Part shown: one piece after another, positions 23,015 to 36,120 of the stretch
Layout: every line of letters begins with the position of its first letter
Position numbering within the stretch: position 1 is the first letter of the stretch
Origin: Spongospora subterranea f. sp. subterranea
Taxonomy: Eukaryota
Direction: 5' to 3'
NCBI GenBank assembly: GCA_049724395.1
Contig: JAUGWO010000090.1
Span: forward strand, 62,001 to 105,019
Length of the DNA stretch: 43,019 bases
Notes under the pieces: model-generated
Told to the model about the DNA's origin: nothing
The model's input: only the letters and a program-made list of their open reading frames with translations
Database searches by the model: none
Made by a program: the position numbers and the translations under genes

Positions 23015-26000
23015 TTAACACCAACAGAAACGGGATAGATTATCTAACATCTCCAGAACGTACTCTACGGAAGCTTGAAATTCATTGTCTTCGACCATTT
23101 TTTGCTGCAACGAATACTGCTGATTTGCGAAGTGGAGCAGCATATCAACGTTAATGAACGAATCCACCGAATGCATCGTCGGACTAAGCAACTAGGTTAC
23201 AGCAACTATAAAAACAAAAAAAAATGGACTTACCGGTAGGTTGGAAGATGCGATGCGATTCTTTTTTGCAGTCTTTTCAAAAATGCAGTCGTGTCGGGTG
23301 AGAGTTTGCCTGACAACTGAGTCGTTGCATATATGGACCCAGAAAGCGTAGTTACGAGAAACGAATTTCCGAACAATTGACTCTCGGTAGGTAATATCCT
23401 GGAGACGGTTTCACCCAGATAACAGTGTGCGCTGATAGGATAAAGTTAGTAGTACTCGCTGACCGTTTGGAACAAATTCACCTCATCTTCAAAGATTTTG
23501 TACAGGACATATCGGAATGATCCACAGAATATAGGGATCCGTATTTATCAGAGGCGAGACAGTTCTCGCCGTCGTAGAATACAGCTCTGGTTGTCACAGT
23601 TGGTGACGAATCCGATGCAATGAACTGTTGGGGAGATTACGCAATGTTACAAAAAAAGCATAAAATAGATACCTTAAAAGGGATTCGCTCACTTGGTTCG
23701 TATTTCCAAAGCTGGAAACCTGCCCTAGAATCACATAAAGCAACGTTTCCGTCTTTGAAATCGAGACTATAAATCTGGAAAACAACGCCGAGGTATGTAA
23801 GTTAAAGGATCACACAAAATGGAATTGATTACCAGACCAGTCGCCTGGAGATTCCCGTGAGTTCTCAGTTCGCCGTCTTCCAAAGATAGAATATGAACAA
23901 CATTTGCAGCAGAAACAGCCAGCAAAGTATCCGAAATAGAAGTAATCGCCAATACAGCACCTTGGAAACGCCCATAGCAAAGCATAGAAATTGCAGGAGG
24001 TCTAGATTGAACTCGAACGTGATCGGCAGTGGAAGGATGGGGAGGAAGCGCAATAGAATAAAGGCGAAGCTGTCCCTCAGTTTTGGCGGGGGGCTGTGAA
24101 GAAGGACATGGATCACCAAATGAACTGCCGACGCAAATAATAAGGCCATGAATGGCACTAGACCAAACGTAAAGAGAATGTATCGATTCTGATTCTGCAA
24201 CCGTGCCTGCAATACAAAATCTCAAAACAGGCTGGCATTGAAAAAGGTATGGATTGAAATTCGTAGCTTGTCAAGGTTAAATGAATTAAACCACTTAGTA
24301 TTGCAACTTGCACATTCTAATAACATACCGAATGACCACTGTTCCCCATGGACTGGATTGATTAAATACAAAGCGGAACGCATTACTCCCTCAAGAACGT
24401 CAGAGCACGAAGCAATCAACGTCTTCGTCGGCTCATGATAGCACACGCGGTGTGGTGTATGGTTTAGGCACACACGTAATGCTGAATCCACAAGGTCACT
24501 CAAAAAAATAAAGGTGGCTTGCTCTCAAGCTAACCTGAATCGCTACTGTTGCAACTTAAAACGTCTGAATTGGACTCAGCTACATCGAACTTTAGACAAA
24601 CACGTTAGAAAATCATCAGGTAAAGCATTAAATTACCTGAAAAAATATCAATTCTCCGCCGACAACAGTTGCGATTGTTCCGTAGCCGAATGCTGCAGCC
24701 GTGCGAATAGCACTGAATTTAGACGAGTGGTCTTTGTCAGGTGATGAACCTAATATTTTTGAGACAGGTACTACTTGCACAGAATCACCTCGGGGAAAAA
24801 TCAGAACAGCATGATCGCTCATTGCTAATATTGTATCATGATCTATAAACATATGACGTGTCAGGGCTGAATATGATATAAAAAGCCTACTAACTTGAGA
24901 ATTCCTGGAGCATTACCAGTGTAACCGGGCTGATACCTACACGAATCAACTGGGGACCGCGGAACAACAAATCAGGTGACGCCATCTCGCAGCTATAACG
25001 TACAACGTTTCCATCACGTCTGCCAACAATGATGTGGAACATCGTTTCAAGTTCCAAAACGACAATAGACTGTGCCGCTTCCATGGCACCAGTACCTTGG
25101 ACGAGTGTTTTCAATAATTTTATAGTCCCCCGTTCGACGTCGGCGTCGATGACCAGAATTGAACCATCATTACATCCAACGATAATCATCACCCGATTTT
25201 GATTAGGTATGTGGTATGCGTTGTCAAATCCTGCTTCGACAATGGCAAGCGAGCTGATGTCAGCTGGAAACCCCCCTTTTTGGGCAATAACCTGCACATT
25301 CTGGTCGACGGAAAGAAGATAAAGAGTGTTCTCAGCTGAGAACACAACGACGCCATCTGCAGTGCATTCACTACATGATATTGGACTAGCATCCGGATTA
25401 TTCCAATCAACAACAACTTCATTGCCTTCAAGATGGTCGGAAAATAAAATGCGGACTCCACGACTATGAACTTGACAGAGCTTGTCTTTCCCAAATGTAG
25501 GCAATCGACGATGTTGTTACGCCTTGCAAAAAAGTCCAAATATTGCAACTTAAGCGTACTTGACCAGTATCGGAAGCAACGGCTGTAAAGCATCGAATCG
25601 AATCGACGTACGCAACAGCAAGAATGGGAAACGATGAAGTCAAGCATGGCAAGGAGAAGATGGACGTAACACCGGCAAAAGACTTGATTGATATAGAACA
25701 ACTGTGAAGAGAGCGACCATGCTGCAGCACTTGTAGACTACCATGCTTACCGAGTGAACAACCTACTGATAAACGTCGATGCTCCATTATTGCAGCATCT
25801 CCGATTGGGGAGAAGCAGGGAAGAGTTTGGACCTTGGATATTCTTTCAAAGGTCTCAAAATCGGAAATAATATTAACTTGCCCGTGACAGAGGTCTCCAG
25901 GCAAAACAACGATAGCAGCTGGGGTGTTCCGCTGGTCCATCGCAACATGATCGACAGAGTCGGACAATAAAAAGGAACTGGACACTTCGAATCCACATAT

Positions 26001-26927
26001 ATTCCTTGAAGGGCAAGCTAACCCTAATTGCAAAAGCTGAATACGTTCATGTCGCCAAATTATTGTGTATAGGTCTCCAGCTTCTGTCAGAACCAAAATG
26101 TGCTCTGCAACAATCGCGCTGGCCGTAATGATCGGAGATGTACCATGAACGCGATGCTCGTGACCTTTGGGATTCCAAAGAATATTATTTGAAACAGAAA
26201 TAACCTTTGAATGTTGAGATGATACATCAATCAGCATCGCTTTCTCCTGATCGCAAACAACAACTGACTCAGGACGCCCACGCCATACCAAGCAGGCAGT
26301 AGCTTCGCCATGAAATGGGATACCTTCTATTGAGGGAATATCAACGGCAGAAGGATTTGTAGACACCTGTCCGGTGAACCTCACAACACAAATGTGGCAG
26401 TTGTTGTTGCTAGGGTCACTAGTCGTAGCACGTGAAGTGACAACGATAAGGGAATTGTCGTTTACCCAAGTCATGGCAGTGATCACGCCGCATACTGGAA
26501 TAGATTCACTAACAAGAGTTGCCATAGATATGATCCAAAGTAAATCGTCGAACGATGCCGCTGCGATCCGGGACCCATCAGGAGAGGATCTCATGAGTCG
26601 CGATGCTCGCAGAGCGGGAGAGGGCTGAGGAATTGCAGCTGTACTAAATTTGCCGTCAGTGAATAAACAAAGGCATCCAGAAGCTAATAGCATAGCGATG
26701 CAATCAGAGCGTACAAGACAAGCATCGAGGACAGAATCGTGCAAGTCATAATCGGCTACAAAAGCCAAGTTACAGAATCGATTCAGTCGAAGGTGCCGGA
26801 TATACTTCTCCTGAACAAGTACAACATCGTCCGATCCTGGTGACAACCGGCACGCTATAGCAGCAACATTGGCGCCGCCACGAAGCAGGCACTTCAGCGC
26901 CCACACGGGACCGGCGGCATCAGCCAT
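23015..26927 (-). CDS. DDB1/CPSF1/SF3B3-family (MMS1_N + CPSF_A) multi-propeller protein, divergent
   Basis: Motifs CFSPIGDAAI...VGCSLGKHGSLQVLQHG, LCQVHSRGVRIL, IIVGRRDGNVVRY, IRVGISPVTL, LNHTPHRVCYH, FQGAVLAI. C-terminus SFINVDMLLHF..Q. Many short introns and a probable frameshift near 25495. Confidence 0.75.
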
Positions 26928-27617
26928 CACCGACGACAACGGCACAACGCGGACTAAAAACAGGCCGTCAACCACGGGCGAAGGCCAGTCTCGTCGCCAT
27001 CAACAAACCGGTCTTCGAACTGTCGACACGAAGATAATGAATTTCTGAACGACTTCGCGATCGTTACCATGAAACGTAATCACATGATCCGAGTCATCAT
27101 CAGTTACCACAGTCCACGCCACTGTTCCTGTACATGAAACATGTATGTCACATTTTGAATTAGTTGATGGTTTTAGAAGAACAGAATTCGGATGGGCTCC
27201 ACACGAGCAGCTGCCGGGCCAAGCTCTGTGGCCTCGATGCAACGACTCGCGTTCTGCTGGATCGGTGTCGCATCTTTACGGAAACCGAGCCGGAAAAATT
27301 ATGTTTTCGCAACAATGGCATTGCATCGGGGAAAGGTTGATCATGGGCTTTGAAATTATGTCTTTGAAAATCTTATAACAAATCATATTAGGAACACAGT
27401 TTTCCCGCGCCTAGACACCAAACACTGTGAGCTGAGAATGTTTTGTTGGCTGTCTTTATTTGGCCCATGATCACGAAGCAAGCTCATGTCAAAGGGGTGA
27501 CCTGTTGTCAACAATTACACCGTAACCAGGTCGAAGAAATCTCACCCTCCACGGTACCTTTTAGAAAATTCTGCGGAAGGCATAATCGCCAATCGGGGTA
27601 TTGCTCCTGTTCAGCGA

Positions 27618-29116
27618 ATGTTGCGTCTTCGAGCACTTACAAGGCTGTTTAGCGTTAAGGTCGCTGTTGATACCAGCGCCCTTGGAATTCAGCTGCCTGG
27701 TATCCAAATTCACGTCTGTAATTATGTTCCTTGCATTGATTAGTGATTTAAGAGTTCAGTGGCCGATTTTCGTCACGATTAGAAGAAGAAATCCACAGGA
27801 CAATTTCCGTAAATTTTTCTCCGCATATTAAATGTCTTGGTAATCTATATCGCAGCTACTTGGACCTATAACTGTTGCCGATTATGTCAGGAGGTCTCTG
27901 TTGCATCCGACACTTGGTTATTACACCAACAACGATGTTTTTGGCGTAAAAGGCGACTTTATTACATCTCCGGAGATTAGTCAACTTTTTGGCGAGGTTG
28001 GTACGAGTATACTGATTTGCTTGTTGCGCTTCAAAATTTAAAATGGTCAATTCAGATGATTGGTGTTTGGCTAACTTCGTGCTGGAAAGAATTAGGATCA
28101 CCGTTGAATACATCGATAGTGGAACTTGGTCCCGGACGTGGTACGATGATGGCTGACATTTTACGGGTGATTCTTTTCATGGCCATCACACACCATTTTC
28201 ATTTAATTGTTTCATAGACGGTACATAGATTAGGTTTTAGCCCCAGCGTTCACTTCATTGAACGCAGCCCGTTAATGAAGGAAATCCAGCAAAAGACGTT
28301 GCGGGATCTGATTCCTACAACCTCGTTTTTATGGCATACCGAATTGTCGTCACTTGATCCCCAGAAAGGGGAGCACTTGCTTTTTGTGGCTCAAGAGTTT
28401 TTTGATGCACTGCCTGTACATCAGTTTCAATATACTGCCCGTGGTTGGAGAGAACGCTTGATCGCCAGCAATCTTCGACCCGACGCGTTATCCCCCTTAC
28501 AGGTAAATGCACGATTTGTTGCGTCGTTTTGTTAACTGAATTAGCGCTTTCACGTTAGGTTGTGCTGGCGCCGATTCCTACTCCAGCCTGTCAATACATT
28601 CCCGAAAACTTGTCACCGAGAATTGGGGACAGCCTGGAAATCTGCCCGGACCTGGTGGCGATCATAGATCAAATGGCCAACCGTATAGCAAGCCACCGAG
28701 GAGCAGCGCTCGTTATTGATTATGGCAGTGACAATCCACCTCCAGATACTCTTCGAGGTATCGATGCACACAAGTTCGTTCCATTTCTAGAACGCCCAGG
28801 ATCTGTCGATGTCACAGCAGATGTAAATTTTTCTACCATTCGCGACGCCATAAATTTATGGCAAGGGCACGTGAAAGCAACCAGGACGGTTTCTCAAGGG
28901 ACTTTTCTTCAGACGATGGGTATTGCCCATCGAGCCGATAGTTTATTAGCGAAGTGCAAGACAGAAGTCGAACAAGACAATATAGTTTCTGGTTATGAAA
29001 GATTAGTAAGCCCAAATGCCATGGGTGAAACTTATAAATGTATCGCATTCGCGCACCAGGAAATTTTTGACAGCATAGTTGGATTTCCGCCGCCTGTCAA
29101 TGATATTCCCAGTTAA
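27618..29116 (+). CDS. NDUFAF7: Mitochondrial protein arginine methyltransferase NDUFAF7/MidA
   Basis: Presequence-like MLRLRALTRLFS. Motifs GPITVADYVRRSLLHPTLGYY, FGVKGDFITSPEISQLFGE, VELGPGRGTMMADILR, AQEFFDALPVHQF, ALVIDYG, PGSVDVTADVNF, YERLVSPNAMGETYK. Confidence 0.95.
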
Positions 29117-29219
29117 TATACAAGCCTACTTTTACAGTATACGTCACAACATCATTGATAGTGTCAAAACATTTTTTAGAAACGATAAGCATGGTCACCG
29201 CGCCGCGCCGGCAATGATG

Positions 29220-32200
29220 CTATGTGGAGCCGGCACATTTGAAGTTACGACACCTTCTGCGGAAGGAAAGCTCGCCTCTGGACGTTGTATAAGCGAGGAA
29301 CATATGTTTGAAGACAGTGAACTGACGTGTTATTTGATTTGTCATAATGAAGTTGTGCTGAAGGACTTGGTTCATGTTTAACCGCTCATCAGGATTTTTA
29401 CACAAAAGCTGCAACAAAATGAGGAAACGTTGAGGAACTTAATCAAAAAATATTTACTTGGGCAATAAAAGCTTTTGCTGCCGGATCGCTATGGCTGCTG
29501 AAAATGGGATCCTGACTTGCTATCTACATCAGAGCATAAGATGTAGAACTGACATGATTAAACAATGTTACTAGATCAGCATCAACAACATTGTCGGAAT
29601 TCAGAAAAGGGAGACGGCCAACTAGTAATGAGAATGCCAACACGCCCAATCCCCATGAATCGGAGGCAACCGTTCGATGATCGGAACCTTCAGCAACAAG
29701 AAGTTCAGGTGGAGGCACTGGCAGGTTGACGGAGCCGATACAGGGCCCACATAAATGTGGCCGACCATCTAAGCAAGGCGTCGATAAGCCAAAAACCGTT
29801 TTACAATCGATGTCAAAAGGTAGTACCTTGAGCTAAAAGGACCTTGTCGAGGCAAACTTGTCCATGAATTTCACCTTTACTGTGGCAATAGGCAAGCGCG
29901 TTAGCTATATAGCTAGTAATCAGAGCAACGTCCTGGACAAAACAAATAAATAGCCATACAAGCAGCGAAACCATCACTCACGGCAGCTGGGAATAAGATC
30001 TTATCGGCCAAAAGTCGCTGTTGATGTATGGCAAGGGTTGTAGCATTAGGAATATATTCCAGCACAATGTAAACCCACCGATCATCCTCAAATGAGCCCA
30101 GCAGGCGTTGAAGATAAGGATGGTTGCTGTAGTCCATTGACAACAGTAAATTCTCAAGAATAGCAATAGGAGCAAGGGAATCACCAAAGTCGGCCCATAA
30201 CTTCGATGCGTTTGATAATATCATCTGCAGCGTCAAGTTTATCCATGAGTCGTCGGGACACTTTCTTTATGGCGAACTCCGCCATTGTTTTCTGCTCAAC
30301 TAAACAGCAACTGTTAGTCAGCAACAGGTACTGATAATTGCTATAAACGTTCAACCTGCGTGAAAAATGCTGCCGAATTTCCCTTTACCGAGCTCATTGC
30401 GAAAATGGAAATCAGATGCTCGCCAATATGAATACCCAGTACTATCCCGCCGTTTTCTCTGACTATTGTTGGAACCCGAGCTTTTCACCGAGTCAGTAGC
30501 ACGAGACTCGAATATAGCCGGCTTCTGTGCGCCATTCACAACGGTCATATTTTCTTTGCTTCGGGAAGCACGTTGCTAAACGTCAGAGTTGATGTCCCAT
30601 TACAACATGTTCCTGCGGGGAATCGGTACCAACCTTGGTTGGACGCATGAAATTAGGATTCGATTTTAGAGTCTTTGGAACCAAACCTTCACTGACAGCA
30701 GTTTGTTGAATCTGTGGTCAACGTTACTTTACTGCTGTCAGAAAAGGGATAAGACACACCTGGATCTTGGTTTTGAGCGACTCAATGGTTGCTGCATGAT
30801 CATCCAATTTACATTTCCATTCAGCGGTGATTTCAGCATGTTTTCGGTCAGCCTCTTTCAAGGCCGCCGTTAACCGCTGACAAGCGAACTCTTGCTCTAA
30901 CTCCACAGCTTCTTTGATCGCCGATTGAATCTAATAAACAAACGCTATTGACAAAAGGAAGATATCAACTACAAACTCATTCAGATACTTCTCTTTGCGA
31001 AGCCGCTTGTGTCGCTTGTAAAGCACGGCTTAAACGTATTTCTGCCTCCTTCCTTTCAAATGCGACGATATCCTGAATCGAAGATTCCATCCTTTTCACA
31101 GTATTATCTAATTTCGATGCCCATTCCGAGGAGACTTGGAGATTTGCAGATTCAATGGCAGCGGCAACTGCGACAGATCGTTCAACGACAGATCTTTCCG
31201 ATAATTCAGATTTGAGCGCATTTAGGACTGCAGCATGCTCATCATTCATTTCTGACACCAAAGAAGACATATCTGAACGGTGATTCTCGAGCAGCACACT
31301 CTTCAATTCGTTTTCCTTCTCCGCCCATAACGTTGACAACTTTGCAGATAGGTCTGTAGAGGCTTGATCTGCTTCGACATCAGAGTCTAACCCATTAATT
31401 TTTTCAGGGCCAAAAATGCCTCCGACAGCATGAATCCACTCCTGCAACCATTTGAGACGAAACGACGTCGAGACGGATTTGCGTTTAAAATGCTACCTGG
31501 TGTTTACTCTCTAGGCTCTTGATGACTGAACTGACAATTTAGTACAAGCAACTTGATTGATTGCGTAGAGTACTAACCTTGTGAAAGTGAGGCAATCCGT
31601 GATTCTAAGCCCGACGTTAGCTCGGTCGCTCTCTGAAATATCATGTAACCCACGAAATGAAATATTTATATCAACAGTTGATTGCACCTCGTGTTTTTCC
31701 TGCAGTTGCAGAAAATCATTCCGTAGGGCGCTCTGAGACTCTGACGTTGTGGCAGCTTGAACGGCCAATTGCGTTCTCAAAATATCAATCTGCTCATTAA
31801 GTTCTTCCAATTGCTAAACAACGTTTAATTACGTTACTATGCAAACTAGCCCCACATACCCGATCTCTTTCCATAATCGTGTTGTGTAAATCAGCAATCT
31901 GCACGTCAGCGAATGCGATTTTAGCCTTACTAGTGTGAAGTCGGTCAAGCAAAACGCCGGCGCCGTCGGCTTTAAACTGGGATATTTTAACCTAAAATCA
32001 CGCGGTTCAGAAAATAACATATTTTAAAGTGGAAACCGAACTTGAGCAGAGAGTTCATTAACATTCGAGCGATACGACTCTAATTGAGCTTTGAGGTCGT
32101 CGATTGTGGATTCAGCGACAGCACTGCGGGACGAAAGCTCAAACTGAAGGCGCTGCTCAAACTACAGACTTTTTAGCAGCATCTTACCGTCCCGCTTTGA

Positions 32201-35130
32201 ACTTGCACATACCTGCTCCTTTAAAGATGCCTCTGTAAAATCGAGTTTGGCCTGGAATTCTAAAACTGCCTCATCGTATTTTGCATCCTTGATCTTTGCC
32301 AACGAGGTCAGAGCTTCTTCTAACCCTTGGCTCGAGGAAATAGCCTGCCAAACGTTTTCTTAATACGTGAAAGATACACAAACATGGACATTACCTCCAA
32401 ATTCGACGCAGACCTGAGAGCAGCAAGTTCAACATCGAATTCTTTCTGGAGCGCAGAGATCGCGGATGATTTGTCTTTACTAGCATTATCAAGCGCTAAC
32501 GATGAGCGCTCTTCGAGGGATGCTACCTTGGCAATGTACTCGCTCTGTACCGCAGTTAACTCGTTGTCAAGTTCAACGCGACATTGCGAAAGTTGGTCCC
32601 GATGCGCTTCCTCACGGGACTTCAGCGCCTCAATAATTTCAGTCTTTTCGGACATAATTTGAGTCATTTTCGACTGTAGGTCCTCCTTAACTTGCAGAGC
32701 CGATCGGGCAATATCACGGTCTTCCTTATTCTGGTTTTGTAACACAATAATTTCCTTGCATAATTCTTCAATTTTCATCTCTGCAACTTGAAGTGCCGCC
32801 GAAGTATTATCCAGCATGTTTTGCAAGCCAGCCTTTTCTTGTTGAACAGCGAACAGTTGAGAATCCATGTCTTTTTGGTTGCCGGCCAGAGTAGTCTCGA
32901 ACTGGTGGATTTTTTCCTCAAATGTGCGTTGTGCTGCTTCAATACCGCATTCTACTGAAGCCTTAAACTTGTCGGACTCAGCTTGAGAGAGGGCTTGGAG
33001 TGACTTAGCTTGTACAAGTTGCTCATTATGGGCGTCCTTCAGTTCGGAAATTTCCAGCTCCTGTACAAGACACAGTCTCTCTATTCCCTCTTTATGCGCC
33101 TTCTCCAGCTGCATAACAAGATCCCTTTCAGCAAGAATTGTCTTCTGACAAGCTTCCATCGCCTGAGCATATTGGCTCCTAAGAAGGATAATCTCTTGCT
33201 CGCTTGAGGAAACCGTGGCCTGGAGTACAGCGATTCTAGAAGAAGCGTCACGCTGCAAAAGATTGTATGATTCGAATTCAGCAAAATGATCGTCCTTAAG
33301 TTCTCGGAGATGGTGTTCGACTCCAGCTAACGCATCGTTTAGCATCTCGATGTCACACTTCTGACTTATCTGAAGCTGAACAAGACGTTCATCGCTGGTA
33401 AACAAAGAGCTTTTAAGTGTTGCGATTTCATTCTGGTATTTCTCTTCTAATTCAAGAACGGATTCTGCATGAGCAGACAAGGCCTCCCGTAACTGTTCCT
33501 CAGACTGAATTGATATCATCTCTAGCTGCATGTCCGTCAAAGCCTTTTGCTCTACGCGATTATGTTCCGCCCTGTTCAGTGATTCTTGAAGAAGAGCATC
33601 TCGTTGCGTTAATGCCTCGGTCTTGCACGCGAGGTCATGGTGTAGGATTTCTAGCTTCTCTTCCAACTCGATGTCTGACTGTTTTTTAATCTCTTCGATA
33701 ATGGCATCTCGCTGCACTAATTCTTCCATTTTGAAAGCCAACTCGTAATTAGCTATTGCCAGCCTACGCTGAAGATCCTCGAGCTGAGTCAGATTTTCGA
33801 TATTTTCTAAAGACTGATGAACGAAATCGGTATCTGTTCGGGTTTGGGTCTCTTCAATGATTGAATTCAGCTGCGTCAAATCCGCCGTCTTGTCAGCAAG
33901 ATCATGATTAAGTCTCACAAGTTCCCGTTCAAGTCCTTCAACTTTTTCTTTCGCGTTGTCGAGATCAATGGCGGTTTGCTGAAGCAGTGACTGATCATGA
34001 GCAATTTTGGCATCTCGTTCAGCAATAGAAGTGCATAAAGCAGCGTTTTCGGCAGCAGATTCGCCGAGTTGAATGTATAATGCATCGATATGCGCGATAC
34101 GTAATGAAAGATCATTTTCGAGCTCAGAGAAACGACCGCACCTGAGGGTCATTTCCTCAAAAGCAGCATGATTGCTTGCAATCAGAGACTCCATTTCTCG
34201 ATTACGATCTGTAGCTTCTTCGAGCTGCGCACTGTTTCGCTGAATGACTTTCTCCAAAGACGCAATTGAGCTGGTTGCAGAAGAGAGCTGCTGTGATAAC
34301 GACTGAATCGCGGACGGCACTTCTCCATTCGCAAAGTCAGTGATATTGTGATTGTCTTTCTCTACGTCTGCAGCCTGGCCCTCGCTACTGACGTCAAGGG
34401 AACATTGAATGCGATCCATCTCGACAACTAAGATCGCTTCAGATTGATAGCTTAGGTAAATGGGTTGCTACTTACTGCGCTCCTTCAATTCAGCAAGCTC
34501 GAAAGCTTGATTTTCCATGCAAGCTTTGAACTCCAATGCTGCAAGCTCCTGTTCCGCTGCCAACCGACTGCGGATGGCGATCTCGTCTTCTTTCTGCCTA
34601 AGAATGGCAGCAAACTCGAGCCTCTCTTCGTTGTCATCGCGTTGACTTAACGATTGAGAGTCGAGGGCCATTTGAAGATTATCACATTTATCGGCAATAG
34701 CTTTCAGCTCTTTGTCTTTTGCTACAACCAATGCCCACCTGTTCCTGGTTTCGGACTCCAAAAGAGCCTCGAGTTCACGAACCGCTACCTCTAGCGGAAC
34801 AGAGGAATCGACTTCGTCTACACAAGTGTTGATGTAAGTTTCCACCTCTTCATGAAAAACTTGAGCTCCTTTAACACCGGAGAAAAGCGTCTGAACTTTA
34901 GTACGAACACTATCAATCGCCTCGGCCCCTTCCGTCAGTTCTCGTCGCAGCGACGAATAATCAAGTTCCTCGCCCTGGTCTCCCACGTTATCATGCGTCG
35001 TTATCTTCTTTTTGCGATTATTCCTAAAGGCCAGGAATCGAGCGATAACGACCCAATTCAAAGCAATCACCAGGGCCGCGACGACGACCGGCAAAACAGC
35101 AAGCAGCAACCCCTCTTTAGTGAGTACCAT
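29220..35130 (-). CDS. N-terminally membrane-anchored very long coiled-coil protein with a C-terminal Aurora-like pseudokinase domain
   Basis: TM segment GLLLAVLPVVVAALVIALNWVVIARFLAF followed by RNNRKKK. A series of same-strand coiled-coil exons separated by short introns. Kinase part: WRASDFHFRNELGKGKFGSIF, FAIKK, HPYLQRLLGSFEDDRWVYIVLEY, ANALAYCHSKGEIHGQ, PPE, DSWGLGVLAFSLLVGRLPF, LLCKNPDERL. Confidence 0.75.
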
Positions 35131-36120
35131 CGGTTCGGAGTCGGTTTGCGCCTTGAACAACGGCGACCGGGTTCGCGCTCCTTGACGATCAATGCAGCAG
35201 CAATATAGCGATTATATAATGTGAGGATGGGAGAGAAGAACACTGGGGTGGAGCGAGGAGGAGGAAGTAACAGGACTACACACTGGGGCGAGGCGCGTTA
35301 CCGGATCTGACACTGATAACTGATGGAGCAGCCCTTGACTACATACCCGCTCGCAGTCACGCATCGCTGGCAACTGACGCCAGGAGCTGCACGGGCTTAC
35401 GGACTTTTTTCTGTCGGGCTTGTACAGTGGTTTCAATAATGGCGCCAAGAATCAGGTCATCAGGACATGATGATCCGAAAAGTCGTCGATATTGTGGCGA
35501 GGCCGGATCCGCTGGGGTATCGGCTCCAGAAATTTGGCGATCAGGTCCATTTTTACTGCAATAAAATGATTTTTGCACAATTTCGACATCCTCTGTGAGA
35601 TCCCGGTTCCGATTCTGAATCCGAATGTGCTTTACCCTCTGTTCGGAAAGTTGAACTAGCTTTCATGGCGTAAACACCTCAAGATATTTTCCATTGATTT
35701 TATCCCCGTACCGGGTCATGTGTTGGCCAATATCGGTTTGATGCCCTGAAACCTATACCTGCTCGGTCGTTCTTTTTTTTGCTTCAAGGGCACATCGCTG
35801 CCAGAAGGAATGGGCATAGACCAGGAGCGCATCCATCAACCGGGTTCGAAGTCAAACCCCCTTCATCCCCATCGCAATCCAGTCGGTATGGCCCCTTCTA
35901 ACATGCATGTATCGCCAGGATACTCATCCTGAATCGCCCTTGCCGCCGCAGACTCCAAGCGCCAACCGCCCTGCCTCGATTTTTCCAATATCAAGACCAA
36001 ACGCCCTGGAGCAATTGTCCATAGTCAGGTTAGTTTCGAAAAACCCCCAAATGTTCCAAGAAATTCCTGGTTTGAACTGATCGCTCGTTGAGGTTCAGTT
36101 TGGGCTCAGAAAAAACAAAA

